Shown: piece by piece, positions 38,116 to 50,759 of the stretch
Position numbering within the stretch: position 1 is the stretch's first letter
How the letters are laid out: every line of letters starts with the position of its first letter
Assembly: GCF_964204645.1 (NCBI RefSeq)
Contig: NC_134027.1
Span: forward strand, 22,654,560 to 22,718,559
DNA length: 64,000 nt
Source: Tubulanus polymorphus
Lineage: Eukaryota; Animalia; Nemertea
Reading direction: 5' to 3'
The notes under the pieces: generated by a model
The model's database searches: none
What the model saw: only the letters and a program-made list of their open reading frames with translations
What the model was told of the DNA's origin: nothing
Position numbers and translations under genes: made by a program

Positions 38116-39156
38116 ATGAAGTTTCTATCTGCGACGCTCACGATGGATATCAACGTGTCAACGACATGCGCTGCCGAGCATATCAAAGTTTACAATATGA
38201 TATTACAAGGGATCATTTCACTGGTCATTCTTTTCGGTAGCGGTATTTTGATAATTTGCGTCGTTATGAAACCGAATTTGCGCACGAATTTCACTGATTT
38301 ACTGGTCAGTATGGCAGGTGCCGATCTTACGGCCGGTGTGTACATGTTGTTTGCCACTGTCGGAGGTATTGTCCGTTCCTCCTTGAGTAACGTACCGTTT
38401 TGTTTTTTGATGCATTCGTTTGCATCACTTTCCCTTATATCGTCTTGCGTTCACGTGGTGCTGATCGGTATAAACAGACATATGGCCGCCAAGTACCCCG
38501 TCAAACACAGAAAACACGCCAGATTATACACGTACATCAGTATTTGTGTCGGATGGAAGATATCTGTGCTTTTCACGGCGCTGCGTTGTTATTGGATGGT
38601 AAAATCGGGATTTCTAGAAGGTGATGATTGCTGTCACAAGTTCGTTGTTAGCGGAACGGCCTATATTACTACTCTGACCTTCGTACTTTCAGTATCAGTA
38701 CTTTTATTGTTGATTCTTCACGTGGACATCATTCGGCTTTTAGTGTGGAAGAGAAACCGGCCGATAGCTCCCGCGATACGTGCTGGTATTACGCAATACA
38801 CCATGACACGACTGAGGAACACGATCAGAATTTCGGTGATGATTTTCTTTTCGTTTACGATCTGCTGGATGCCGTATCTGGCTGTCGAATGGCACATACG
38901 TCTCTACGGCCCGAGTGACACTCTTCTATCCACGAGGTATATCGTATTTATCATCCTGTTCCTCAATTCGTCGGTCAACCCGATTATCTATACGATATTC
39001 AATCCCGATTTCAAGAAAGCGTTTTGGTCAGTTCTGTGTTATTTGAAACGTCGTCGTCAACATCGGCTGCAGCAGCAGCAGCAGCAAGCCGCCCAAATCG
39101 AGACTATCGCTCACCTTCCATCGAATGTACGAACCATTAATGTGAGACCATTGTAA
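38116..39156 (+). CDS. Intronless class A (rhodopsin-like) orphan GPCR, 346 aa
   Basis: Seven hydrophobic segments; ADL in TM2, TM3 Cys, NRH at the DRY position, CWMP in TM6, NSSVNPIIY in TM7, helix 8 FKKAF, short polyQ tail. Confidence 0.92.
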   Translation: MKFLSATLTMDINVSTTCAAEHIKVYNMILQGIISLVILFGSGILIICVVMKPNLRTNFTDLLVSMAGADLTAGVYMLFATVGGIVRSSLSNVPFCFLMHSFASLSLISSCVHVVLIGINRHMAAKYPVKHRKHARLYTYISICVGWKISVLFTALRCYWMVKSGFLEGDDCCHKFVVSGTAYITTLTFVLSVSVLLLLILHVDIIRLLVWKRNRPIAPAIRAGITQYTMTRLRNTIRISVMIFFSFTICWMPYLAVEWHIRLYGPSDTLLSTRYIVFIILFLNSSVNPIIYTIFNPDFKKAFWSVLCYLKRRRQHRLQQQQQQAAQIETIAHLPSNVRTINVRPL

Positions 39157-42100
39157 CTTACGAAAAAACTCAAACTTGTGGAGCTGATCACTCAGACCGA
39201 GCTACATGGAAGTGGAATTTTTAAAAGCTTCACAGGTCAGGGCTCCAAAGAGGCGCAATTTCGCTTTGGAATGAAAATTTTGCTTCGTTTCCCCGCAATT
39301 TGACCTCGAACCAAAGGTTTGAAAGATATTTCGGAGCGACAGCAGTTTAGGTATCTCTTGTGGTCATGTACCTAACAGCACCACGCAGTGGTAAGGTGAC
39401 TATCATTCGGCTTTTATAGCTACCTAGCTATGTATGCAGATCGTGACGCCAAACTAATTTTCTAAAATACCGCCAAATTTATATTTCATGGACTTATCAC
39501 GTAAAAAATATTCTATGTATATATTAGATATGCATATATTACATTGTTTCTTTCTTCTCTTTATTGTTTATATTGTTCATCCGTTCTGTTTTTTGTTTTT
39601 CTTTCATTCACAATCGTGTACTCTTGATTTATGATGAACTACAACATGAACTATAACCGCGATCACGCGAGCACTTTTGGCGCAGCCCAAATCGTCTGCG
39701 CCGGATCGTGGCTTATGGCTTTGCTACGTTTTAATACGTTTTTACGATAGTTGTAGTTATATAGTTGATATAATGAACGATTAAACTGATTCTGTGGAGC
39801 TTGCCGTCGATAGCTCTTCGCCTCGTCATAATAATTACTATCTTATTATCAGATAACTTACGATTATAACAATTATAGTTATCTGAGTTGCTGGTCCTAA
39901 AATCTCGTGTCAGGTTCGAAGGATGGATCGGTCGTACGTACTGCACTTCTCTCCGATGCCTTTCGTTTAACGCGTTCACGCAATACGAAGTACTTCAGAG
40001 CGAAACGGGGTTAATCAACGGTATCTCGTTACAGGTCCTCTAATAAATACCTACCGACACCACCACCGCCCCCGACACCACCACGCCGGGGTAAAAATCT
40101 TCCCTGGTAAGAATTCCCCGATTGCCATTTCAAAACAAAATTCAACAAAATATTTCAATATTCTCACGTTGAACTATCCTTGCTTACAGTGACAATTACT
40201 GACAATTCAGGGTCCATGGCATTAATGCCGAGACTTAAGTAAGTGCTTACAAGCACTTTTTGATAGTAAAAGCTGGCACTTTTTAATCACTTTTGCAAGG
40301 TAAAGACCACAGCCCTCGTTCTAACACACGACAGAAATCATTGATTTTTGATTTCGATTATGTGGGGAAAATGGATAAGAGGCAGGATACCACAAGTCAA
40401 AAGTAAGCACTTTTTGCAATTTTTGTGAGAAGTTATCATCTTTTAACAGCACTGACTAGGTCAGCAGGTTGACGTGTACTTGAAGAAATCATAAATACAT
40501 GTTTAGAATCCAGGAAGGTAAGCTGATAATTCCCCGTATTATCCCTAGCACTTAAGTGTTACGTACATCCGGTAATAAGTCTCAATTAGCGCGGCCTACC
40601 TACACACTTTCAATCGACACTCATGTCAACACTATGATTTCCGTCCCCGTAATCGAATTTTGATGATGGCATACTTCATTCACACCTTCATTCAGCTATC
40701 AGAGGCGGTTTACATATTAGAAATCCTCAATCTGCGTGAAATCGCTGAACGTGTATTAAGACGAGATTACAACAAGAAAAATACTTACGAAGAAAATATT
40801 GGCGCCTGGTGGAAAAATGGAGGATGTAGTAATATAAACATATATACGAAATGTGACACGGAGGTTTGTGTATTTGTGGATTTTTCATGTAACCAGGGGT
40901 CCAGGGACACCATGGTCACTTTGGATATGATTATAAGACTGGTGTAAAGTTAGGCATCACCCACAATACGTCACCTGTCATTAAGTAAATGTTATAACTT
41001 TTCACTAGGTGTTAATCCATGGGTTATGTATTATTTGCAATAAATTGTCATTATCAAATTTGCTGCCTTTAGGAATGATAGGAAAGAAGCAGCTGTTTCA
41101 TGTTTGCACCACTCTATTGCTTTGAACCAGCAGCAGTGCCTCGTAGGTTACAGCATTAAAGTGGGTTAATTGTTTCTAACTGCTGGTTGTAAACTACAAT
41201 GCACATGTTTCGATGACGTTTTGTGTGACTGTTTAACATCTCTCATACCAAGTGGCTTATGAAAAGTTTTTATGGTTCTCATTTATGTGCGGTAACGTCT
41301 TAAGAGGGCGCCAACAAATAAGAACGTAACAGTTCAGAAAACAAACACGCTGTTATGAATGACATCTAGCATTCATGTGTGAGGACCGACAAGTGAAATG
41401 AGAAACACGATGGGGGATGGTACAAATGCAATCAAGATATATATCCCGTTCATGGACTCTAAAACGAAGAGTTCGTTTCAGAGTCCATTACCTGATTAGA
41501 AATACGATTCTATGTAACTGTGATTGCAGTTCGTGTATGTTTTTCATTTGTACATCACATCGTTATTGATGGATACGTGTTACCATTTCTACATCAAAAT
41601 AAAGGCTATATGAACATTTCGTCGTAGTTTTAGTGTTTGTTGGTGCGTTTACTGCAAATGATAGCACACCTAGAAAGGAAGCAGAGCCTAAACATGTATT
41701 TTCATTGATTGAAGATCAGAATCCTGTTTCATCTTGTAACAACGTCTAATTACCTCGGTCACATCCGACGTGGTGCCGGGCTCTGTGTGTTATGCTCGAA
41801 TTCTACCGGTGATTGTGTTACAACTTTCTTTTGTACCTCAAAAAAGCTTGGAAATTTAAAACGCATTAAAACAACTCATGATGTGTTTTCTAACAGGAAA
41901 AATCTTTATTCCTCGAATATAAGCGCTTCATAATGAGAAAGGTCCGTCACCAGAAAGGGTCCCATATAACGATAACTATTCGTCTTTTTTCTTCTCTTTG
42001 CAACAAGTTGCAATAGCAGACGGATTGCGACTAGCGCATTTATACCATCCTTTTTTGTGGCAACCCAAAAAGTAGAATGTTGTACCAGACAGCGTATTAC

Positions 42101-42253
42101 CATGTGGAGATGGGCCATCGGAATCGCATCGACACGGTACCCCTCTTCTGAATCTCTCATGAATCAGATCTGGAATTAGCACCATCGAGAAATCACGCAC
42201 TGGTAAAATTTGTGTAAATTTTACAACGAGACAACGAAAGGCGAAGTAAACTT

Positions 42254-42476
42254 TACGGAGCCCTCGTAGATGACATGTAGGTAAGAAATAAATATTTTTT
42301 CGTGGAAACGAAATAATCTGTTTGTGGCCACGAAATGTTTTCAGTTCGAATGAAGCGTTTATCGTAGCCTCGAAACAATCTTTTTCGTCCGTACGAAATG
42401 TCTTTCGTGCTGGCCACGAAATAACCCTTGCGTGTGATCTTTTTAGTTTTCACCGTGTCACCTCCGGGGCTCCTTA
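42254..42476. mobile_element. TA-flanked MITE (CGGAGCCC termini)
   Basis: ta-CGGAGCCCTCG..GACA...TGTCACCTCCGGGGCTCC; related palindromic element at 50502-50606. Confidence 0.6.
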
Positions 42477-43709
42477 AATTTTCAATTTAGGATTGAATAT
42501 AATTTACAAGCTGGAATGAAAGCCAGTAATAAGGCACTAGTCTATAAAACTCTAAGTGATATCTCAAAAACGTCGCTTACGTACCTTCATAACCGTTCAT
42601 TGCTGACACTCCGGCAATGAGTAATGCGGATGCGACGATCAAGATAAATGTCTGTAATGAAATGTATATGTAAGAAAATCGTGGCTCCAGCATTGCCGGA
42701 TTTACCGGAAGCCGGTTCGTTGAGAGTCTGTATCTTCGAGTTAAAACTGGTTTAAATCTAGCGTCACGATTTGCAACAGCTCTATCATTCTGCTTTACCT
42801 ACCTTCATCCTGGAATTCAGTTGGGCGCTTTCAAAACACTTGAAATCTGAATATGTCAGACGGCCTGAATTTGTCGTTTATATCATTGTTTCAAGTGATT
42901 TATCAATGACACTTATCGTGACAAGTCGATTAATCCTTTCATGCCCTATGACGGTTTCTAAATTTGCGCATTTAGCCAATCTGTTACCGCCTGGTACAAT
43001 AATGGATAGTTCAGAAAGGAAATGAGACCACACCTTACGTCCGAAGTAGTAGCCATTTTTGACGCAAACAATATTCGTTTAGTATTTTTACGGTTTTTAA
43101 AGCCTCTCTGTTTTCCACATTTCCACACTGTGCATTGCGGCAGTATTCAAATATTCTTCCATCACTGGCGATGATCGTGAATGTCGAATTGTCGAACTTA
43201 TTATCCAACTGTCGAATTGTGGAATGAACGAACAGTTGTAGAATAACCGAATTACTTCCTCCTGAATAATAGCTGATCAGTCTTGAAAAATTGGTCCTCT
43301 AGAAAGCTATAGGGAATATTTACGCTTAAAGATCAAGCGTAGCCTAAAATAGCTTTGTTTTTAACGAAAGATAGTGTTACATGAATACAATAATCATTCT
43401 AGAGAAATATTAGCTGTAATGAGCGATGGATTACTATAATATAAATGATTGAAAAGTGTCGCGTAGTTCGTCTGACACCCATGTAGATGGCGCTGATAAT
43501 GACGTAATAGGGGCTACACGCTGAATTCAAGCAAGCCAACTTGTAGCTTGATATTGATATTCATGGTATGAATGTAACTCTACTGAGCTTGCTGTTGAGA
43601 TCTTGTTTGCCTTGCAGGCTACCGCGCCGATTAAAGGTTAGAAATTGTGTCATAAAATACCAATAAAACTTACATTGATAATGTGTGTACAGTGCGCGTT
43701 ATATTCACT

Positions 43710-43741
43710 CATTGACGTATAAACTAGTTTATACGTCCATG
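43710..43741. mobile_element. 32-bp palindromic TIR-only element with 7-bp TSD
   Basis: attcact-CATTGACGTATAAACTAGTTTATACGTCCATG-attcact. Confidence 0.7.
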
Positions 43742-44779
43742 ATTCACTGTAAGCCTTATAGCCCGTATGACGTCACGAGCGCGTTCAGCAAATCCGCGCT
43801 ACTGTTATTCATTTTTTAAACCCATATATTTATCTAATTTCAGTGTTTATCGAAAAAATATTATTTTCTACCAGTATATCAAAAATAGAACAAGAACATT
43901 AATGTTGATTGTGCCGCCTTGAAGAAAATAGCACATATACATTGCCTAATATCATCGACGATCAATAAAGTTTTTTTAATTTGATAATATCGACACTTAA
44001 GTTGAATTGATCGGCAACCAGTCTAACCAGGTGGGCCCCGATATTGATGGCGTAGGATCATTACTAGAAATTTAGAACCATTCAATATATTCAATTAAAG
44101 AATGAACGCCAAAGTTTACAATTGAAATCGTTATTTTGAAACACCAATATTGGTGACGTGCACATCGACTCACGTACATGTATGTACATGTATATACGAC
44201 CTAATCTTCGTATATTCTCTACTAGGCTAATATAATTTTAATTTTGTTGCCAATTTTAGACATTGATTTGTCTATTATGCGTAGGTTTATTATATCCGAG
44301 TCAGATGTCTGACTTAAGTTAAGTCGAACACTGTACTAATCAATCAAACTAATATTGTGGATAATCCTTCCTATTACAAGATATAGAATTTTATAGTTCA
44401 TTCATATATGAATCATTCTAAATAAGGTAATAAATGGGAGATAATATTGTTATGACATTTGCTGAGGGGATTAGTTTGAATAGTCATAGGATATTAAATT
44501 TTGCATTTAAGTACAATGCGGATGAGGTTCAACATTCAGTCGGCGAGTGACTGGAATCATAAGGCGATTATAAAGGATCGGGGATAATCGTCATCGCCTA
44601 TTCGCGCCAAAATCAACCGTTTCATCTAGTCTGTTCTTATGTTAGCGTCATAGTGTGGTTGTAACATAAGGTGCTTATCTCCACATAATTCCCTTCTTTC
44701 TAAGTATATTACTTCATACCTTGCCGATCACTAATTACTTACTCACTGACAAATTTACTCAATTAAACTGTTCTCCTAG

Positions 44780-44940
44780 GTATATAACCCCTTGTTTTTA
44801 ATCTATATCTCACACCTGATAATGATCGCTAGGGTGAGATCGAAACGTCGTGACTTATCTTTTGAATAAATACATTCTCGCTTTTAGAATTCTTTTAACT
44901 AGTACATAGTGGGTTTTTTATCTTATCTACATTAAGGTGT
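44780..44940 (+). ncRNA. Penelope-like terminal repeat with mutated hammerhead (44813-44852)
   Basis: TATATAA, then cac-CTGATAA-t-GATC-gctagggtga-GATC-GAAA-C-GTC-gtg, then AATAAA; core G8 changed to A. Confidence 0.6.
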
Positions 44941-45269
44941 TGCTATTATCAGACTACCTGCGTTGATACTTGGTGTCAAACATAGACAATACATAGAAGT
45001 TATGTAGATAAACATCTCTTGATCTCGTACGTATCCATGTATGGAAACCTAAATATGGCGCGGCCAGTACAAAAGTGTTTTTAGAACAATATGAAGTGTT
45101 TAGGTACGTAAACACTCCATACATGGGTCGGTGGAATGTTGTGACGCATGAATACGACACAATCCGTGAGTACCAAACCATGTGTGGCAAAGGGCATGAA
45201 CACGTTACTAAACAGTAAACGATATAAAAGGGAAGAGCTAGTCTTTGAGCCCCTGTTTCACTTGCTTAC

Positions 45270-45286
45270 CTGATAAACATCGTCAT
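45270..45286 (-). pseudogene. Isolated LicD exon 1 homolog with its upstream flank
   Basis: ATG ACG ATG TTT ATC AG|gtaagcaagtgaaa, same layout as exon 1 of copies 1 and 2; flank 45290-45900 resembles 48610-48930. Confidence 0.65.
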
Positions 45287-46603
45287 CCTTAACTGATTTC
45301 AAGAAATTATCGAGATGTTTACTTTGCCACGACGAACTATTCAGCTGCTGCAGTCTGCGGATTTCTGCGAAAGCTGTTGATTGTATTTTATAGTTTAAAT
45401 AAATATTAAATCTTGCCAATCAAATAATCTGTCGATATATTTCGTACAGCTGTTGAACCTAGTTATTACGATTCTCTTTAAGACGAGACTCCTTTATTGC
45501 GATGATTTCCAGTATGTCCCAGCTAAGACATTCATAACAATGAAGCTTTGGATAACACGAAACTTGTTTAATACGACAATTTCACTTTTAATAACCCAGA
45601 AGAACAAACAGTTTTATTTTTCATATGTATTCAAGTAATGTTTAAAAATCAATACGTCGAACGTTTTGGGATGAACAAATACCCCTTCTCAAGTCACAGA
45701 TGATGCAATAATACAGTACGTTACGATATAACGATTCCAATAACAGGTCAATATAGTGGTGCTTAAAATAGCAAAACATGACATATTAACATAACATGAC
45801 AACAACCAGAACTGGCCGGGTTAACGAAAGACATTGAGGATCCATTCTGAAACAATTGCAAGTATAAAGATGGCTTTTCTAATTGGATAAACAACGTAGG
45901 CTATCTCGTGTGAATTTCTTTTATCTAATTTCTCTACCTTTGGCTTGAAAACCCATATTTACAACTACATATCTCCTTACATAGAGCGATGGACGAACGT
46001 CTGAATATCTTTGAGATACCATAACAAAATGTTAAATGATACGTTATCGACAAAATGCGACAGCCTTCTACAAACCTTTGTTCGACTCTTCACCGGCGCA
46101 CTTTTGATAGGAAGGTTAGCCCCCTTCCTTATTACCGAATTGCCCGAGTGAACTGGAAGGAGTCTCTCCCGAAAACTGTCAAACAAAAACCATGAAACTA
46201 TCAACTGACGTATTTTGCTATTCCAAATCATACAGTCGAGCTCTAAGCCACCAGGTAGGTTGGCGGCCATGAAGGTGAGATCCCGATACAGATCGGATGT
46301 TGTCAGTTTAGATAGTGAACAAAACGCATCAAACACTGTAAGTTCGTTTAATCGGTGTCTCTGATTCAGGCCAAAATGAAAAACCCAATCTGCACCAACC
46401 TTTTCTTAACATAGAATGAAAATAAAAATTAATCAAGTCTCTTATTAAGTTGTTTCATTTTAATCCAAATTAGCTGCGTATCATAATGATTTATTTTCAG
46501 GATTCTGAAGCCAACCACAGGCTAAAGATCGCTTTGTAAACTATCCTATACACTGGAAAAAACCACCCATATCCGATGGCCTGTAATATACTTTCGGGAT
46601 AAG

Positions 46604-48612
46604 TCATCGATGATGTCGATGTGGTATTTTCCCCTTTGTCTCGAAAGTATACGGATGAAGGGGAATATTCTCCTTTAATTCGTCAACTTCCTTAACGTGT
46701 AAAACCCGATCATTCAACATAAGAGTTTCGATCATTTTGCCATCTTGCCATTTCCTGTGCACGAACGGTAAATATGGCTTCATGTTTTTACACTCCGTAA
46801 ACTTCGATTGCCTTTTACATAAACTAGTCGAACCGTATTTATCTATGAGTATCTGCACTGGATCTCGCGGGGCCGGCAGCATGAACGTCTCCAGGGGGCG
46901 CTTGTGCAGCGGAAATACGAGGCTCTTTTTGAGTATATGTTTTTTCGAGTCCGAAGCACTGAAGATATGCGTTTTGTTCTGTTTATAAAAGAAAATATCT
47001 AAAGATGGCGTGTACCATCGTCCCACTGGTTTGTAGTATACGGTTCCACGAATATATCTAGCATCGTGGATGTGTATTTTGCTATAAAGCGTTTGTTTCG
47101 GAATAAATCGCTGTTGCGCTTCCATTGTGTTAAGAAGGTCGAATCTATCTTCATAATCCATCATCACATCTGCATCATAGTCGGATGGCACAAGTGCGTG
47201 ATGCCTCCAAGAACCCACTAAGGTGCCAAAAATCATGAAATACGTCCAATTCCTTTCAATTGCCAAATCGTCCAGATATTTTAATTGCCGCATGTAAGCC
47301 TGCCTATGTGATTCACTTACTGTTAGCTTCAACAACTGGCATGCCCCTATGTCAACGGTCTTATTCACTACTGGGTTGCATTTTGGTATATTGTATTCCC
47401 TCTTTGGAAAATCATGATGCGGTTCAGAGCCTGAAAATGTTTATTCTATTAGAAATAATTCTATAGTCAAATTTTAGAATTCGAAGTTTGGATGAATGTT
47501 TGGCGTATCGAGGTTCTATGGTGGCTGTTTCGGGGCCGTAACATAGAATATCTGATAAGCGAATGAGGGCTCCAGAACGCCAGAACAAAGAATTTACCGT
47601 TTAGGCGTCCGGCCAAAAGAAAAATTCAACCACAGTAAAATCGACTTATATGCAAATTAAACTCAATTTGAACGCGCCAAATTGAAAAATAATTTCACTG
47701 TTTAGTAGTTGAATGTGTTTGTTTTAGCTGGCACACCAAAACGAATAATATCAGAAATAAATCTGTTTCTGCACACAAAAACAGATTTTTTAAAGGAAAT
47801 TCGATGGGTTTTTTTCGTTTTGGCGTTTTCTCGTTCTGGCGCCCTCATTTGCATATGATGAATTGGTCGTTATGGTCCGAATCAGCCACTATGATTGTTC
47901 TCACTTAAGTCCACTTTGTTCGGATTGATGATAACTTCGGGATTTTTTACATAATCAGCTTCGTTATCCGAGGACACAAGCGTCACAATTCGTTTATGGA
48001 TTTCACTTTTTATCGAAGTGTATGTTAGCGATTGAGACAGCAAACAAACGCCGCTGATCACTAAAACCGCCATGACGACGCACCTCGACGGAAAACTTCA
48101 TCATAGAAACAAACAAAATAGCTTGCCAACAACGAATCATACAATAAAAGCGATATCATATATATTCATTGATAGAGTATTAATTTGTATATATCAAGAA
48201 TTGAATACAAATGGATTTGAATTTGCTGGCATCCAGTCTAGCCCCAATATTGATGATGTAGTGCACACCCACTTAGACAAACTCACACACAATGTTCTAA
48301 TTCATTATCAAAAATGCATGTAAATTCATTGAATAGAAAGTAAGAGTTCTGAAATCTAATTGATCAAAGAAAAAAACACCGATTTTCACAATTGTAATCG
48401 TAAATTTTAAACACCAACGTTGATGAAGTAGTGCACGTCGACCCACACACTACCCCTTAAATAACGCATGCTAGTAGGCTATGTGTAAAAACATTTTTGT
48501 AACGGTTTTTATGGCGTCAAATTAGTTAGATAGCAAGTAGTTCATAGTGACTCTAACCATAGTTTAATCATATGTAATGATACCCTGTTTCACTTGCTTA
48601 CCTGATAAACAT
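46604..48612 (-). CDS. LicD/fukutin-related phosphotransferase, copy 2 (about 342 aa)
   Basis: Exons 48612-48602, 48095-47905, 47430-46604; GTLVGSWRHHALVPSDYDAD; highly similar to copy 1. Confidence 0.87.
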
Positions 48613-48879
48613 CGTCGTCCAAAAGTGGTTATAAGGAATTATCGAGACGCTTACTTTAATACGACGAACTATTCCACGCAGCTGCTGCAGTGTGCGGATT
48701 TCTGCGAAAGCTGTCGATTGTAATCAAGTCACAGATGATGCAAAAATACGGTAACGTTTCCAATAACAGGTCAATAGTGGTGCTTAGAATAGCAAAAAAT
48801 TACATAATACAACATGAAAAAAAAACCTGAACTGACCGGGTTGACGAAGGACATTTAAGATGAATGAGGATGCATTCTG

Positions 48880-49240
48880 AAACAATTGCAAGTTAAAAAT
48901 GGCTTTCATATTTGATAGACAACGTATCTCTGGCTTTGTCTAAAATCTTTAATTTGTTTTCATTGATGTATTGACTACAAGTAGAACAGGCAGTTAAATG
49001 CTGTCCTATCGCAGATTTGTTTGTCCGATGCTCTTTAACTATATTGTAACTTGATGTTGTTAGTTTTTCTGTGGACTCTAAAACGAAGAGTCCATGGTTT
49101 TTTCGAATGTTAACGTTTGTATCACATAAACAATAGAATCTGTATACGAAATTAGCCATAAGGGATTTTGGAGTAGGACACTCTAATGAGAAGAAATTCT
49201 TAGTCTTTGTAGTAGTAACACGTTTAAATCGCGTATTTTA
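48880..49240 (-). mobile_element. Penelope-like element remnant (GIY-YIG endonuclease region)
   Basis: FVYRFYCLCD...VKEHRTNKSAIGQHLTACSTC...KLKILDKARDTLSIKYES fits the PLE GIY-YIG pattern; decayed and interrupted by a 27-bp insertion. Confidence 0.75.
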
Positions 49241-49354
49241 CACCCCTAAAGGCCCCAGGAGTGCCTCGGAACCCACCTACCCCCTACCCCCAAATACGGT
49301 TTCGTAAAAGATTCGGTTGTGTAACAAATTTTCATATTCAATTTTGACAATAGA

Positions 49355-49651
49355 CAGGCCCGTGCCGAGCTTTTTTGAGGGACAGTTCTATTTCAAGCGA
49401 AAGGGCACTTTTTACCGTAAAAGGGGCAGACTTTCCGTTTGAAAAAGGGCAGATCCTGAATACGAAGTGCTCGGGCTCATGTATATATAATTAGAGAAGG
49501 GATAGATTTTCATTAAAAAAGAAAAACCATGAAAATTAGATAAAAATTTCGCAAATCTTGACCCAAATTCTTTGACACGCTTTGAAGGGCACTTTTCAAA
49601 ATGTTAGGGGGTTTGTCCGCTAACCCCGAACCCCCACTCGGCACGGGCCTG
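49355..49651. mobile_element. hAT-like MITE
   Basis: ataga-CAGGCCCGTGCCGAG...CTCGGCACGGGCCTG-atagg. Confidence 0.75.
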
Positions 49652-50501
49652 ATAGGAACCCGTCAATACTTATGCATTGGAGACGACGGGCTCGTATCGT
49701 TCAGTATCGAATTCTCGTATTATCCACTATATTTCATACTTGAGTTTGTGACAGGGGTATGATAATCGTTTGATCTAATATAATTATAAGCCATTGTAGT
49801 CTCCGTTCTTATTCTTATATCGTAGGTCCTCGAGGACAATTTCTATGTGCGCGTACTTGAGTTTAAATGAAATTCATATAGGCGACCCTGATGATAAAGT
49901 TTATTAGCAAGACAGTGTAAATCACTGAGTTCTTTCCTGTTGTATGTATGTTAGTATGTGCAGAGTACAAGCCTCTGTCTTTTGGGCATTGCACATGCTG
50001 TTTTGTGGTTTAGCAAAAGCTGTTGCCTTAGCACGTAAAAGTATTGATGATTTCGTACACGAGTACGTTGGGTAGTAAACCGCTTTTTTCTTAATCTTGT
50101 TTTTCCCATCATATTACTGGTGTAAACTGTGTAATAACCTATACGTGTAGTAACACACGGTTGAATTGCCGATTTCATATCGGTTTAACAAGCAATAAAT
50201 CTCCTGACAAACATCGTAGAAACGGCTGTTGCAGTATCGAAAAAACACGCCAGTTTCCATTCTTAAACCATATTCACCCGTCGAGGGATTCGAACTCACT
50301 AAGCCAAAGCCTTCACTTCCCTCGCGAGTTGTTGGAGTCTACTTAACCGACCAGAATCCGGATGTAACAATCACAGCGCTTGTAACAAATCACATTAGGC
50401 TTCTGTTGGATTTCCCCTTACATGGACCAATCAGCGAACGTTTTAGCGAACAATGAAGTATGAAGTAAGATTTTGGGCCTAAGTGTAAAATATGAGATAA
50501 T

Positions 50502-50606
50502 TACGGAAGCCCCTCGGTGACATACGAGAAAAATTTTTTCACAATTTCGACTTATTAAGTTGAATTTTGACGTATTATGTCGAAGTTTGACTTAATAAGT
50601 CGATAT
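50502..50606. mobile_element. Palindromic TA-flanked MITE
   Basis: ta-CGGAAGCCCCTCGGTGAC...GTCACCAAGGGGCTTCCG-ta. Confidence 0.75.
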
Positions 50607-50759
50607 TGTGAAAAGATTATTTCGTAGTCACCAAGGGGCTTCCGTAGATATTAGTGGAAAGGTGTAGGAATATATTCCGTACGTTGGTATTGGTTCGGTT
50701 CTTCATTTTGACGCGATTCGAAGACTCACCGATTGAACGTAGGTGATATGGTATTCTGG

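Noticed and set aside
39655-39715. GC-rich hairpin downstream of the GPCR
   Set aside because: Short single stem, no SECIS or other recognisable motif, no second copy seen.
45977-46336. 119-aa minus-strand ORF
   Set aside because: No recognisable domain or splice context; may be a repeat remnant.
50270-50355. tRNA-like sequence on the minus strand
   Set aside because: B box present but no proper cloverleaf; at most a SINE head.
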